A stretch of 64,000 nt of DNA from an uncultured Anaerolineales bacterium (GCA_964481465.1 CAYZTL010000001.1:16743-80742), one strand, 5' to 3'; shown: positions 48,792-58,070, numbered from the stretch's first letter. The notes: generated by a model not told the origin, from the sequence alone. A program made the numbers and translations.

Positions 48792-49760
48792 ATGAATAAA
48801 CAATCAAGATTATCGGAAGTTTACAATAACAACGCACAAAGGATCCCCTTTGATGATCATTCTAAATTGATCTTCTTCAGCGATGTCCATCGGGGGGATA
48901 ACAGCTGGGCGGACGAATTTGCCCGCAACCAGGCTATTTACACCTACGCCCTTGAATATTATTTCGGGAAGGATTTCACGTATATCGAGGTTGGAGACGG
49001 GGACGAGTTGATTAAAAATATCGGATACAGGAGCATCCGCATCGCCCACGGTCCGATTTTCCGCTTACTGAAGAGATTTTACGCCGAAGGGCGATTTCAT
49101 TACATCCACGGCAATCACGACATCCCATATAAAATCAAAGAGAATGTCAGAAACGCACTATTCAAATATTACAATCTGAAAACCAATCAGGTTGAACCTT
49201 TGTTCCCGGGCATTGAAGTCCATGAAGGTTTGGTGCTGGAGCACCAAGAGACAGGGGAGGACCTCTTTGTCACCCACGGACACCAGGGGGAGTTAATCCA
49301 TGACCAGTATTGGCAGCTCAGCCGCTGGTTATTGCGCTATCTGTGGCGCCCTTTGCAGATGCTCGGTCTCCACAACCCCATCCGGGTCTCCCGTAATCCG
49401 GAGAGAAAACGGGACATAGAAAAGGAACTTGTCAATTGGGTCATAGAAAACAAACAGCCTTTGCTGTGCGGCCACACCCATGATGCTCATTTTCCCGAGA
49501 CGAATGAAGCGCCCTATTTCAATGCCGGCAGCTGCGTCTACCCGCGATGGATCACAGGGATTGAAATAGACAACGGGGAAATCATGCTCATCCGCTGGCG
49601 GGTAAAACCAGGCCGGGATGGGGCGATGGTCATCCATCGCGAAGTGATCGGTGGCCCAGGAAAGATCAGTGATTACCTGAAAAAAAACGATTACGAACAG
49701 GTTAAACCCGAAGAAGTCTTGGCGCCAGAAAAAGAAGCTGCGGAAGCGCTTTCCTTCTGA
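48792..49760 (+). CDS. Metallophosphoesterase (calcineurin-like)
   Basis: SDVHRGD, GDGDEL, GNHD, THGHQG, GHTHD motifs. Confidence 0.85.
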   Translation: MNKQSRLSEVYNNNAQRIPFDDHSKLIFFSDVHRGDNSWADEFARNQAIYTYALEYYFGKDFTYIEVGDGDELIKNIGYRSIRIAHGPIFRLLKRFYAEGRFHYIHGNHDIPYKIKENVRNALFKYYNLKTNQVEPLFPGIEVHEGLVLEHQETGEDLFVTHGHQGELIHDQYWQLSRWLLRYLWRPLQMLGLHNPIRVSRNPERKRDIEKELVNWVIENKQPLLCGHTHDAHFPETNEAPYFNAGSCVYPRWITGIEIDNGEIMLIRWRVKPGRDGAMVIHREVIGGPGKISDYLKKNDYEQVKPEEVLAPEKEAAEALSF

Positions 49761-49838
49761 GGATATCCCATTGAGAAACATGATATTCATGCTTGCCCGG
49801 CGGGGCAAGCGGAAAACGCCTGCCTCCCCTAAACCCAT

Positions 49839-50696
49839 TTAGCGCAGGTAAGCGATCGACATCCCCCCGTCCACAGTCAGCGCAGCCCCGTTGATCTTTC
49901 GGCTGCGCGGGCTGCACAGGAAGAGGATCGCCTCCGCCACATCCTCCGGGGTGATGGAGACATTCATCGCGTTCCGCTTCCGGTAATACTCATAGATGTC
50001 TTCAAACGGCACCTCATGGCGCTGGGCGCTTTTCCGCAGCTCCTCTTCGGAGAGGATGTTCGTGCCCCGGATCACCGCGTCGGGCAGGACGGTGTTGGTG
50101 CGGATGCCGTGAGGTCCTCCTTCCTCAGCCAAACACCTCGCCAGGTGCTGGACCGCAGCTTTCGCCGAGGCGTAGGCGCTGGCCCCAGGGCTGGCCGCGA
50201 CCGCGTTTTTACTGGAGGTAAATACCAAACGGCCGGGGATGTCCCGCTCAAGCCAATGTCGAAAGGCCCCCCGGGCCGTTAAAAAACTCCCTGTGGCCAG
50301 GACATCGAACATCTCCCGCCAGAGCGACAGAGGGGTTTCATGAATGGGGGCCACCCGCATGGAGCCGGCGTTGGCGATCACAATCTGGATCCCACCGAAG
50401 AGGTCGACCGCCTGCTGAAAAGCATCTTTAACCTGCTCTTCTTGGGTGACATCGCATACCATCGGAAGCATGCGGTCTTCCCCCGTTCGCTCCCGAACCA
50501 GGCGTCTGGTCTCCTCCAGATCACCTTCCGTGCGGGCAATACCTGCCACGGAAGCCCCCTCTCGCGCGAGGCGGATGGTCGTGGCCCGGCCGATGCCGGA
50601 CGACGCCCCCGTCAAGAAAACCACCTCTCCTGCCAATTCCCCCTCACCTTGATTCTTTTCAAACAAATCCTGTGTATTATCGCTTCGCTCTCCCAT
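49839..50696 (-). CDS. SDR family oxidoreductase
   Basis: TGASSGIGRA cofactor motif and YASAKAA catalytic YxxxK. Resembles the SDR half of rhamnulose-1-phosphate aldolase/dehydrogenase fusions. Confidence 0.88.
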   Translation of the reverse strand: MGERSDNTQDLFEKNQGEGELAGEVVFLTGASSGIGRATTIRLAREGASVAGIARTEGDLEETRRLVRERTGEDRMLPMVCDVTQEEQVKDAFQQAVDLFGGIQIVIANAGSMRVAPIHETPLSLWREMFDVLATGSFLTARGAFRHWLERDIPGRLVFTSSKNAVAASPGASAYASAKAAVQHLARCLAEEGGPHGIRTNTVLPDAVIRGTNILSEEELRKSAQRHEVPFEDIYEYYRKRNAMNVSITPEDVAEAILFLCSPRSRKINGAALTVDGGMSIAYLR

Positions 50697-51119
50697 TTTT
50701 CTCCTACCTCACACAATGAATATGGATTCCCTCTCCACCATTGTAAATGAAGACAGGGATCGATGGATACGACGGAGAATGGACTCTCCTCTTTTATGTC
50801 CTCCAGGGCTTGCACTGGTCAAAAAAAGAAAAACCATACGCACCATCAATAGTGGTTATCATCATCGGCTTTATGGTCATCACAGGATATCTTTGGACAC
50901 CTCTGTAACAGCCCTACGACACAGACACGAGATGGAATAGGGATAACAACAGTCAGGAAACAACACCTAATCAAGAAAAGACTAGGACCAGATTTGATAA
51001 ATTCACGGTATAGCAGCTTGATAAAATACATCTACAAATCCAGGAACTATTTCCCTACTTATTCCGTCTTTAGTGAGATAATGGTCACATACGGTACACT
51101 CTGCCGTAAGGAGTTGAAA

Positions 51120-51539
51120 ATGAAGAAAAGGACAACTTTGGTAATGATCTTGCTATCCGCCTTCATCCTGCTCACAGCCTGCGGGAGTCAGCCGCTAGAA
51201 CCCACTAACACCCCCCAGCCGACAGCGGAGGAAGGGAAAGAGGGTGAGGAATCCAGCGCCAGCATGGCCAATCCGGCTTCCGTGTACTGCCAGGAATTGG
51301 GGTACGAACTGGAAATGCGCGAGACCGAGGAAGGGACGATCGGCGTCTGCATCTTCCCGGATGGGGAAGAATGCGAAGAGTGGGATTTTCTGTCCGGACG
51401 CTGTGGTCAGGAATATTCCTTCTGCGTCCAAGAAGGGTACACCCTTAAAGGCACAGGGGGCAATATCGCAAAATGTGTCTTCCCGGACGGATCTTCCTGT
51501 CCTGAATACGATTTCTTGACCGGAGACTGCCAGCCATAG
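51120..51539 (+). CDS. DUF333-domain lipoprotein (tandem Cys-rich repeats)
   Basis: Start MKKRTTLVMILLSAFILLTAC (lipobox) after AAGGAG. NPASVYCxxxGY...GxCxFPDGxxCxEWDFxxGxC occurs twice. Confidence 0.75.
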   Translation: MKKRTTLVMILLSAFILLTACGSQPLEPTNTPQPTAEEGKEGEESSASMANPASVYCQELGYELEMRETEEGTIGVCIFPDGEECEEWDFLSGRCGQEYSFCVQEGYTLKGTGGNIAKCVFPDGSSCPEYDFLTGDCQP

Positions 51540-51719
51540 ATTCTGAACCCAAGGGAAGGCGAGGGGGAATAATCCGGATCTGCCGGCTTGAAGCTGTGGT
51601 ACGATCCAAAATAGAAAGGGCTGCCGCAAAGCGGTCTGGAAAAAAGTAGGGGGGCCGTAAGCCCTTTTTGTGGGCCATATCCTTACCCGGTACCATCATT
51701 TGTCACAGGAGAGAAAACC

Positions 51720-53066
51720 ATGGCTAATTCTCAATCCGCTAAAAAACAGAACACCCTCCGGATTATAGAATCCGCCCAACGCCTGGATATTGAGTTGAAC
51801 GAAGCCGAAGCGCAGGAGTGGTTGCAGGCCATCAGCGCCTCCCAGGAAGGGGAGGAGATCGTCTTTGACAGGGGTAGCGGCGTCTTCGGGCACAAAGTCA
51901 GCATGCTGGATTTCAGCGATAAGGATTTGGCCCATTTCCGGAAGCTGGGCGCGCTAGTCGAATTTGAAGACATCCCCGGTAAAGTGGAAACGGCCCTGGC
52001 GCTTTCGGGGTCCGCCGCCCAATCCAAAATCCAGACCTATCCCGGCGATGCGGATTATTTCGAGCGCCTGAACATCCTCGCTGACAGCCACGAAGAGGCC
52101 TGCCGGACTCTGGCCAAGCTGATTCGCGAGAAAGCCCTGCAAACCCTCACCGGCCCAACCTACCAGCTCATGGAGATCCATTTTGGATCCTATCCCCATG
52201 ATGTGATCATTGATGGGCGGCAGCACCAGCAGGGGAGCTCCATCTCCTGGACGCCCGAGCAGTTGGAGGTGGGCGAAATCCAAGCCCAAACGCTGGCTGG
52301 GGAGGAGGTCACCTTGAAATGGGAAGATGTCGCCCAGGATCCGGGCTGGTGCAAGCTGGACTGGGTGGTCGCAGACCCGGTTCGAAACGAGCTGGTGAAT
52401 GCCAGCAATATGCTGGATGTGACCTGGGAAGCCCCGGACGGATCCATCACGCCCTTGGACGGCTTCCTCGACCCCTACTTTCAAGAGGTTTACTTGCAGG
52501 AAGAATCTGCACCCATCTTCGAAAAGCTGTCCCAACATGTATCCGCCAACGCCCTCGATCAATACGTGGACCAATTGGAAAAGGAAATCAACAAATATCT
52601 CAACAAGGATATCAATTACGGCAAGGCGGCCAAGCGGATGTACAACATCTTCCGCCTTAACGGCCGCTACCAAGAAGCAGCCCTGATCCGGGAGCTCTTC
52701 GACGAACCGGCTTCCATGCTCTACCAAGTCTGGTCCCTGATCCGCACCATGGATGAGAGCAGCCACCCGGATTCCAGCATCTCCATCGAGCGCGTCCAAA
52801 GCCAGGCCGACCGCTTGATCATGGCGGTGATCAACGCCCTGGAAGGGGAGGAGGAGTCGATCGTCGTCCGCCACCTGCTGCGGCTGCGGGACGCCCTGGA
52901 GGACCAAAAAGCGGGGCAAGCCCTCACAAATGAAGTGGAAACCGCCCGGGATGAGGTGATCAACATCGTCAACAACTTCTTCTATGAAAAACTGACCACG
53001 GTCCCCGAAATCAAAGTTTACATGGAGGCTTTTTCCAAAGGGACCGGGGCGAGGGAGGGGAGCTGA
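51720..53066 (+). CDS. Hypothetical 448-aa protein with a Pol-beta-superfamily nucleotidyltransferase-like motif
   Basis: AGGAGA SD. LALSGSAAQSKIQTYPGDADYFERL fits hG[GS]-x(9-13)-DxD, followed by a helix and a strand (YQLMEIHFG) that could supply the third carboxylate. The C-terminal ~200 aa are helical. The CDS is solid; the function is only a hypothesis. Confidence 0.7.
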   Translation: MANSQSAKKQNTLRIIESAQRLDIELNEAEAQEWLQAISASQEGEEIVFDRGSGVFGHKVSMLDFSDKDLAHFRKLGALVEFEDIPGKVETALALSGSAAQSKIQTYPGDADYFERLNILADSHEEACRTLAKLIREKALQTLTGPTYQLMEIHFGSYPHDVIIDGRQHQQGSSISWTPEQLEVGEIQAQTLAGEEVTLKWEDVAQDPGWCKLDWVVADPVRNELVNASNMLDVTWEAPDGSITPLDGFLDPYFQEVYLQEESAPIFEKLSQHVSANALDQYVDQLEKEINKYLNKDINYGKAAKRMYNIFRLNGRYQEAALIRELFDEPASMLYQVWSLIRTMDESSHPDSSISIERVQSQADRLIMAVINALEGEEESIVVRHLLRLRDALEDQKAGQALTNEVETARDEVINIVNNFFYEKLTTVPEIKVYMEAFSKGTGAREGS

Positions 53067-53186
53067 CAGGGGAGATCCAACCCTCTCCCACCCCGGGAGA
53101 GGTCTGAACGGATTTGAACCCAGGATTTACCTTGCGTCCCAGCCCTGCATACCGGATATCATTAACAAAACGCTAACACGAAAGCC

Positions 53187-53214
53187 TTGCATTTCCAAGA
53201 AAAGGGGCTATAAT
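53187..53214 (+). promoter_or_regulatory. Sigma-70 promoter of the thrS leader
   Basis: TTGCAT (53187-53192), 16 nt, TATAAT (53209-53214). Confidence 0.6.
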
Positions 53215-53220
53215 GTACCC

Positions 53221-53476
53221 AACTTGAATAGGATAGCGTTGAACGGGACGAGTAGCGGTCCCCGGCTCTGACAGAGAGGGAAGGTCATCGGTTGAGAACC
53301 TTCTCCAGAGGCAAACCGTGAAAACCCCCCGTGAGCAGACACCGGAACCCTGGCAAAGGAAGTATGGTGGATCGTTTGGCCCCGTTATCGGCCCAAAGAG
53401 ATACCCTGAGTCTCAGGGTAAATCTGGGTGGAACCGCGAGCTTACTCTTGCCCCAGCTGGGCAGGAGTTTTTTTTA
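53221..53476 (+). promoter_or_regulatory. T-box riboswitch leader (threonine-specific) with intrinsic terminator
   Basis: AGTA and AGAGAG stem-I elements and a GGTTGAGA distal loop. Candidate specifier ACC at 53341-53343. T-box sequence AAATCTGGGTGGAACCGCG (53420-53438). Terminator ACTCTTGCCC/GGGCAGGAGT plus T8 (53444-53475). Confidence 0.85.
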
Positions 53477-53492
53477 ATTTTGGAGGTGTAGG

Positions 53493-55298
53493 ATGGCCCA
53501 CAAAGAGCACGGAAATGGGAACGGATACGAAGATTCGAAACTGTACCGCATCCGGCATTCAGCTGCGCACGTCATGGCCCAAGCGGTCATGGACATGTTT
53601 CCGGAAGGGGAAGCCAAAATCGCCATCGGCCCGCCCATCGATGACGGGTTCTATTATGATTTCGATTTACCGCGACCGCTGACCCCGGAGGATCTGGAGA
53701 AAATCGAAGAGAAAATGCGCGAGACGTTGTCCGAGGATCACGAGTTTAAACGCAGGGAGCTGTCCGCGGAGGAAGCGCGGGAGATCTTCGAGGATCAACC
53801 CTATAAACAGGAATTGATCGACGGCCTGGAATCGGGCGGCGTGGACGAGCATGGCAAGCCGCTGGACGGTAAACCCGTCATCTCCATCTACAAACACGAT
53901 GACTTCGTGGACCTCTGCCGCGGCCCGCACGTGAAAAGCACCAAAGAGATCGACCCTGAGGCAGTCAAGCTGCTCAATGTGGCCGGCGCCTACTGGCGCG
54001 GCGATGAGCACAACCCCATGCTGCAGCGCATTTACGGCACAGCTTGGGAAAGCCATGAAGCCCTGGAAAACTATCTTGACAAATTGGAAGAGGCCAAGCG
54101 CCGGGATCACCGCAAGTTAGGCAAGGACCTCGACCTGTACAGCACCTCAGCGGAGGTGGGCAGCGGGCTGGTGCTCTGGCACCCCAAAGGCGCCATAATC
54201 CGCCACCTGGCGGAGGAATATTGTAAGGACGAGCACCTGGCTCATGGGTATGAGCTGGTCTACTCCCCCCACATCGGTAAGAAGAGTCTGTGGGAGACGA
54301 GTGGGCACCTGACATGGTACGACGAGAACATGTACTCCCCCATCGAAATCGATGAGGAGGAATACTTTCTGAAGCCCATGAATTGCCCCTTTCACATCAT
54401 GATCTACAAAAATGATCTCCACAGCTACCGGGATCTGCCACTGCGCTGGGCGGAATGGGGCACGGTGTACCGCTACGAGCGCAGTGGCGTGCTGCACGGA
54501 TTGATGCGGGTGCGCGGCTTCACCCAGGACGACGCGCACATCTTCTGCAGCCCCGAACAGATGCCCGAGGAGATCGACCGCGTCTTGAATTTCTGCCTGC
54601 ACATTTTGCGCGGCTTCGGCATCCGGGACTTCCACGCCTACCTGGCGACCCGGGATCCTGAAAAATCGGCCGGGGAAAAGGAACGCTGGGACGACGCCAC
54701 GGAAGCGCTCCGGGCGGCATTGGATCGTGCCGAGCTCGATTACGAAATCGACGAAGGGGGAGCCGCATTCTACGGGCCGAAGATCGACCTGAAGATGATC
54801 GACGCCCTGGAGCGGGAGTGGCAGCTGAGCACGATCCAGTTTGACTTCAACCTCCCGGACCGGTTCGATTTGGTCTACATCGGGGAAGATGGAGACCAGC
54901 ACCGCCCCTACATGATTCACCGCGCGCTGCTGGGTTCCATGGAGCGCTTTGTCGGCGTCCTCATCGAGCACTACAGCGGGGACTTCCCGCTCTGGCTCGC
55001 CCCGGTCCAGGCGGTGATGATCCCCATCACCGATCGCAACCTCCCCTATGTGCATGAGGTCGCAGAGCGGCTTCACGCGCGAGGCATCCGCGTGGAAGTG
55101 GATGACAGCAGCGACCGGATGGGCGCGAAAATCCGCGACGCCGAGAAGGGTAAAATCCCCTACATGCTGGTGGTCGGAGACCGGGAGGAAGAGGCCGGTA
55201 CGGTGGCGCCCCGCTTGCGAACCGGAGAGCAGCTGGACCCCATGAGCGTGGAGGACCTGCTCGACCGCATGTTAGACGAGATCGAACGCCACGCTTAA
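53493..55298 (+). CDS. thrS: Threonine--tRNA ligase (lacks the N-terminal TGS domain)
   Basis: RHSAAHVMAQAV...PPIDDGFYYDFD (editing domain), class-II motifs (FLKPMNCPFH, RVRGFTQDDAHIF) and the anticodon-binding C-terminus. 601 aa. Confidence 0.95.
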   Translation: MAHKEHGNGNGYEDSKLYRIRHSAAHVMAQAVMDMFPEGEAKIAIGPPIDDGFYYDFDLPRPLTPEDLEKIEEKMRETLSEDHEFKRRELSAEEAREIFEDQPYKQELIDGLESGGVDEHGKPLDGKPVISIYKHDDFVDLCRGPHVKSTKEIDPEAVKLLNVAGAYWRGDEHNPMLQRIYGTAWESHEALENYLDKLEEAKRRDHRKLGKDLDLYSTSAEVGSGLVLWHPKGAIIRHLAEEYCKDEHLAHGYELVYSPHIGKKSLWETSGHLTWYDENMYSPIEIDEEEYFLKPMNCPFHIMIYKNDLHSYRDLPLRWAEWGTVYRYERSGVLHGLMRVRGFTQDDAHIFCSPEQMPEEIDRVLNFCLHILRGFGIRDFHAYLATRDPEKSAGEKERWDDATEALRAALDRAELDYEIDEGGAAFYGPKIDLKMIDALEREWQLSTIQFDFNLPDRFDLVYIGEDGDQHRPYMIHRALLGSMERFVGVLIEHYSGDFPLWLAPVQAVMIPITDRNLPYVHEVAERLHARGIRVEVDDSSDRMGAKIRDAEKGKIPYMLVVGDREEEAGTVAPRLRTGEQLDPMSVEDLLDRMLDEIERHA

Positions 55299-55327
55299 TC
55301 GGTTTTCGCTCGGCGAATAGTGACCTT

Positions 55328-55360
55328 CTCAGAGCACCCAAAAACGGGTGCTCTGAGTTT
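55328..55360 (+). terminator. 12-bp hairpin after thrS with a short T-run (weak terminator)
   Basis: CTCAGAGCACCC/GGGTGCTCTGAG, 6-nt loop, TTT. Confidence 0.45.
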
Positions 55361-55434
55361 CGCTGAAATGGGGGTAGAGTCCTCCTCCCTCAAGCCAAAA
55401 TACATTAATCCACTCTCCCTGTCCTCCCACCATG

Positions 55435-55464
55435 TTGACGATCCTCCCCTCTCTATGGTATGAT
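55435..55464 (+). promoter_or_regulatory. Putative infC promoter
   Basis: TTGACG (55435-55440), 18 nt, TATGAT (55459-55464). Confidence 0.5.
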
Positions 55465-55504
55465 CGAAATCTAAGAAAGCAAGCTATAGAAAAGGAGAGA
55501 GAAA

Positions 55505-56020
55505 ATAGCAGACACCAACTACAGAGCGAATGAACACATTCGGGCAAAAAAGGTTCGTGTGATTGATTTCGAAGGTGAGAACCGAGGTGTTCACCCCATC
55601 GAAAAAGCTCTGGCAACAGCTCGGAAGCATGACTTGGACCTCGTCGAAGTCGCACCTAACGCAGACCCTCCTGTTTGTAAGGTGATGGATTTGGGGAAAT
55701 TCCTTTACGAACAAGAGAAGAAACGTCAGAAAGCGAAAAAATCCCAAAAAACTATCGAGGTCAAAGAAATTCGCTTGCGTCCCAAGACCACCGAGCATCA
55801 TCGAAATTTCAAAGTTAGGGACGCACGAAGGTGGTTGAAGGAAAATAAAAAGGTCAATGTCCGCATCCAATTCCGGGGCCGGGAGATCCATTATCCGGAA
55901 ATTGCCCTGGACATCATGAGGGGAATCGCTGAAGAACTGAGTGATGTTGGAGAAGTGGAGCAGAGACCTTCCCGTGAGGGTCATTCCATGCTCATGGTCT
56001 TGGCTCCCAAAAAGGATTAA
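55505..56020 (+). CDS. infC: Translation initiation factor IF-3, apparent ATA start
   Basis: The conserved N-terminus ...[21 protein letters not shown] begins upstream of the first GTG/ATG. The frame opens after a TAG at 55487. AAGGAG (55492-55497) sits 7 nt before ATA at 55505. Confidence 0.85.
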   Translation: MADTNYRANEHIRAKKVRVIDFEGENRGVHPIEKALATARKHDLDLVEVAPNADPPVCKVMDLGKFLYEQEKKRQKAKKSQKTIEVKEIRLRPKTTEHHRNFKVRDARRWLKENKKVNVRIQFRGREIHYPEIALDIMRGIAEELSDVGEVEQRPSREGHSMLMVLAPKKD

Positions 56021-56223
56021 CCCTTCCCATCCAAGAGCATTTGTCCATCAGGACCGTCCGCTGTGGTGGTAAAAGGAGATCCAACCACACTCCATCGCTC
56101 TGTGTCAGAACGCTGGAACTTTACAAAGAGAGTATTCGTAGAATTAGCGCATCCGCTGTGTGCAAACAACAGGTGCCGTGGAAAACGGTAACCGGCGCGC
56201 AGGGGCTGCAGGAGAGTGAAATC

Positions 56224-56583
56224 ATGGCACGTGTAAGAACTGGTACGAAACGCAGAAAACGACATAAGAAGGTCATCAAGATGGCCAAAGGTAAATACGG
56301 CACGCGCAGCCGCCTTTTCAAGCGCGCGAACGAAGCCATGCTGAAGAGCCTTTGGTATGAATACCGCGACCGCCGGACCCGGAAACGGGATTTGCGCCGC
56401 TTGTGGATCACGCGCATCAACGCCGCCTCGCGACAAAATGGACTTCCCTACAGCCGCTTGATCTACGGGCTTAAAGAAGCCAATATCGACCTGAACAGGA
56501 AAATGCTGGCCGATTTAGCGGTCCGCCATCCCGAAGCGTTCTCCGAAATTGTGGAGCGCGCCAAATCAGCCATCGAGAATTGA
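56224..56583 (+). CDS. rplT: 50S ribosomal protein L20
   Basis: [26 protein letters not shown]...[11 protein letters not shown] is canonical L20. GGAGAG SD. Confidence 0.95.
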   Translation: MARVRTGTKRRKRHKKVIKMAKGKYGTRSRLFKRANEAMLKSLWYEYRDRRTRKRDLRRLWITRINAASRQNGLPYSRLIYGLKEANIDLNRKMLADLAVRHPEAFSEIVERAKSAIEN

Positions 56584-56610
56584 ACGCAGAACATCTAAAA
56601 GAGAGAAGAA

Positions 56611-56641
56611 AGGACTTCGCAGTTGATGGCGAAGTTCTTTT
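56611..56641 (+). terminator. Rho-independent terminator after rplT
   Basis: AGGACTTCGC/GCGAAGTTCT stem (one G-U pair), 8-nt loop, T-rich tail. Confidence 0.6.
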
Positions 56642-56675
56642 CAGTTAATGCTACAATCGAACCTGGAGGCAGACC

Positions 56676-57239
56676 ATGAGTGAAATCCTGCGCCAAAGAG
56701 AGATCTCTTCGAAACTCACCCTCCAGCTCGTTCAGGGCGACATCACCCGCCAGGATGTGGACGCGGTCGTCAACGCGGCCAACAAACAGCTGCAGCACGG
56801 CGGGGGTGTGGCCGCGGCGATCGCCCGGGCTGGTGGGTCCCAGATCCAGGCGGAGAGCAAGCGCTGGATCGAGGAGCACGGACCGGTGAGTCACGCCAAT
56901 CCCGCCTTCACCTCCGGAGGGAAGATGCCCTGCCAGTATGTCATCCATGCGGTAGGGCCCCGCTGGGGATCCGGGAATGAAGATGACAAACTCGAGGAAG
57001 CCGTCCTGGGTTCGCTTCGTTTAGCAGATGACCTCGACCTGCAATCGGTGGCCTTCCCGGCCATCTCCACCGGCATCTTCGGTTTTCCAAAAAAACGAGC
57101 GGCGAAAGTGATCTTGCTCGCCGTTGAGACATACTCTTCTCAACATCCCGAGTCTGGATTGAACGAGATCCGCATTGTGCTTTATGACGATCCCACCGCG
57201 CAGGCATTCAGCCAAGTCTGGGGCCAACACAAGCCATGA
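56676..57239 (+). CDS. Macro-domain protein (ADP-ribose/O-acetyl-ADP-ribose binding or hydrolysing)
   Basis: QGDITRQDVDAVVNAAN, HGGGVAAAI, FPAISTGIFGFP motifs. Confidence 0.88.
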   Translation: MSEILRQREISSKLTLQLVQGDITRQDVDAVVNAANKQLQHGGGVAAAIARAGGSQIQAESKRWIEEHGPVSHANPAFTSGGKMPCQYVIHAVGPRWGSGNEDDKLEEAVLGSLRLADDLDLQSVAFPAISTGIFGFPKKRAAKVILLAVETYSSQHPESGLNEIRIVLYDDPTAQAFSQVWGQHKP

Positions 57240-58009
57240 TCACCTCCCCGCAAAACCCCACCGTTAAACGCATCCGCCACCTGCAGGAACGGTCCAAAGC
57301 CCGGGAGGAAGAAGGTGCGTTTGTCATCGAAGGCCTCCGGCTGGTGGAAGAGGCCCTCCATCACGCGTGGACTCCGGAATTGGTCCTCTTCACCGATGAC
57401 ATTGACCAACGCGGTTGGGACGTGATCAACGGCTTCCGCGGCCAGGGGGTGTCTACCCAACAGGTCTCTCCAGAGGTGATGGCTGCCGCCAGCGACACCC
57501 AAACCCCCCAGGGATTACTGGCTGTGCTGCCCCTCAAAGGCCAACCCCAACCGCGAAAGGTGGATTTTGCCTTGCTGGCTGATCAGATCCGGGATCCCGG
57601 AAACCTGGGGACGCTGCTCCGCACCGCTTTAGCCGCCGGGGTAGACGTCGTCTTTCTGACCCCGGGCACCGTGGACCCTCACTCCCCTAAAGTGGTCCGG
57701 GCCGGAATGGGGGCCCATTTTCAACTCCCTATCACAAAAAGTTCTTGGGAGGAGATCGAGGAGGAACTCAAGGGGCTGACCGTATACGTCGCAGACGTGG
57801 AGAAGGGGATCCCTTATACTAAAGCTGATCTAAAACGTCCCTTGGCTTTGATCGTCGGCAATGAAGCGAGGGGACCCGGAAAACGCGCCTGGGCAATGGC
57901 TGATCAACCCCTGCACATCCCCATGCCGGGGGACGCGGAATCCCTCAACGCAGCCATCGCCGGGGCCATATTGATCTTCGAAGTGGTTCGCCAAAGAAAT
58001 GTGCCATAA
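57236..58009 (+). CDS. TrmH/SpoU-family RNA 2-prime-O-methyltransferase
   Basis: DQIRDPGNLGTLLRTA, GNEARG, IPMPGDAESLNAAIAGAI (SPOUT knot motifs). The start overlaps the macro-domain stop as ATGA. Confidence 0.88.
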   Translation: MITSPQNPTVKRIRHLQERSKAREEEGAFVIEGLRLVEEALHHAWTPELVLFTDDIDQRGWDVINGFRGQGVSTQQVSPEVMAAASDTQTPQGLLAVLPLKGQPQPRKVDFALLADQIRDPGNLGTLLRTALAAGVDVVFLTPGTVDPHSPKVVRAGMGAHFQLPITKSSWEEIEEELKGLTVYVADVEKGIPYTKADLKRPLALIVGNEARGPGKRAWAMADQPLHIPMPGDAESLNAAIAGAILIFEVVRQRNVP

Positions 58010-58070
58010 CCTCCGCTAAACGATGGGAACGGCATCTGGCGCATCCAGGGAGCCGATTAAAACATTAAGC

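Noticed and set aside
51720-53066. Calling the NTase-motif protein a CBASS CD-NTase or part of another cyclic-nucleotide defence operon
   Set aside because: No effector (patatin, TIR, endonuclease, TM/SAVED), Cap2/Cap3 or other partner genes are adjacent. The neighbours are a DUF333 lipoprotein gene and thrS. The motif alone does not discriminate among NTase families.
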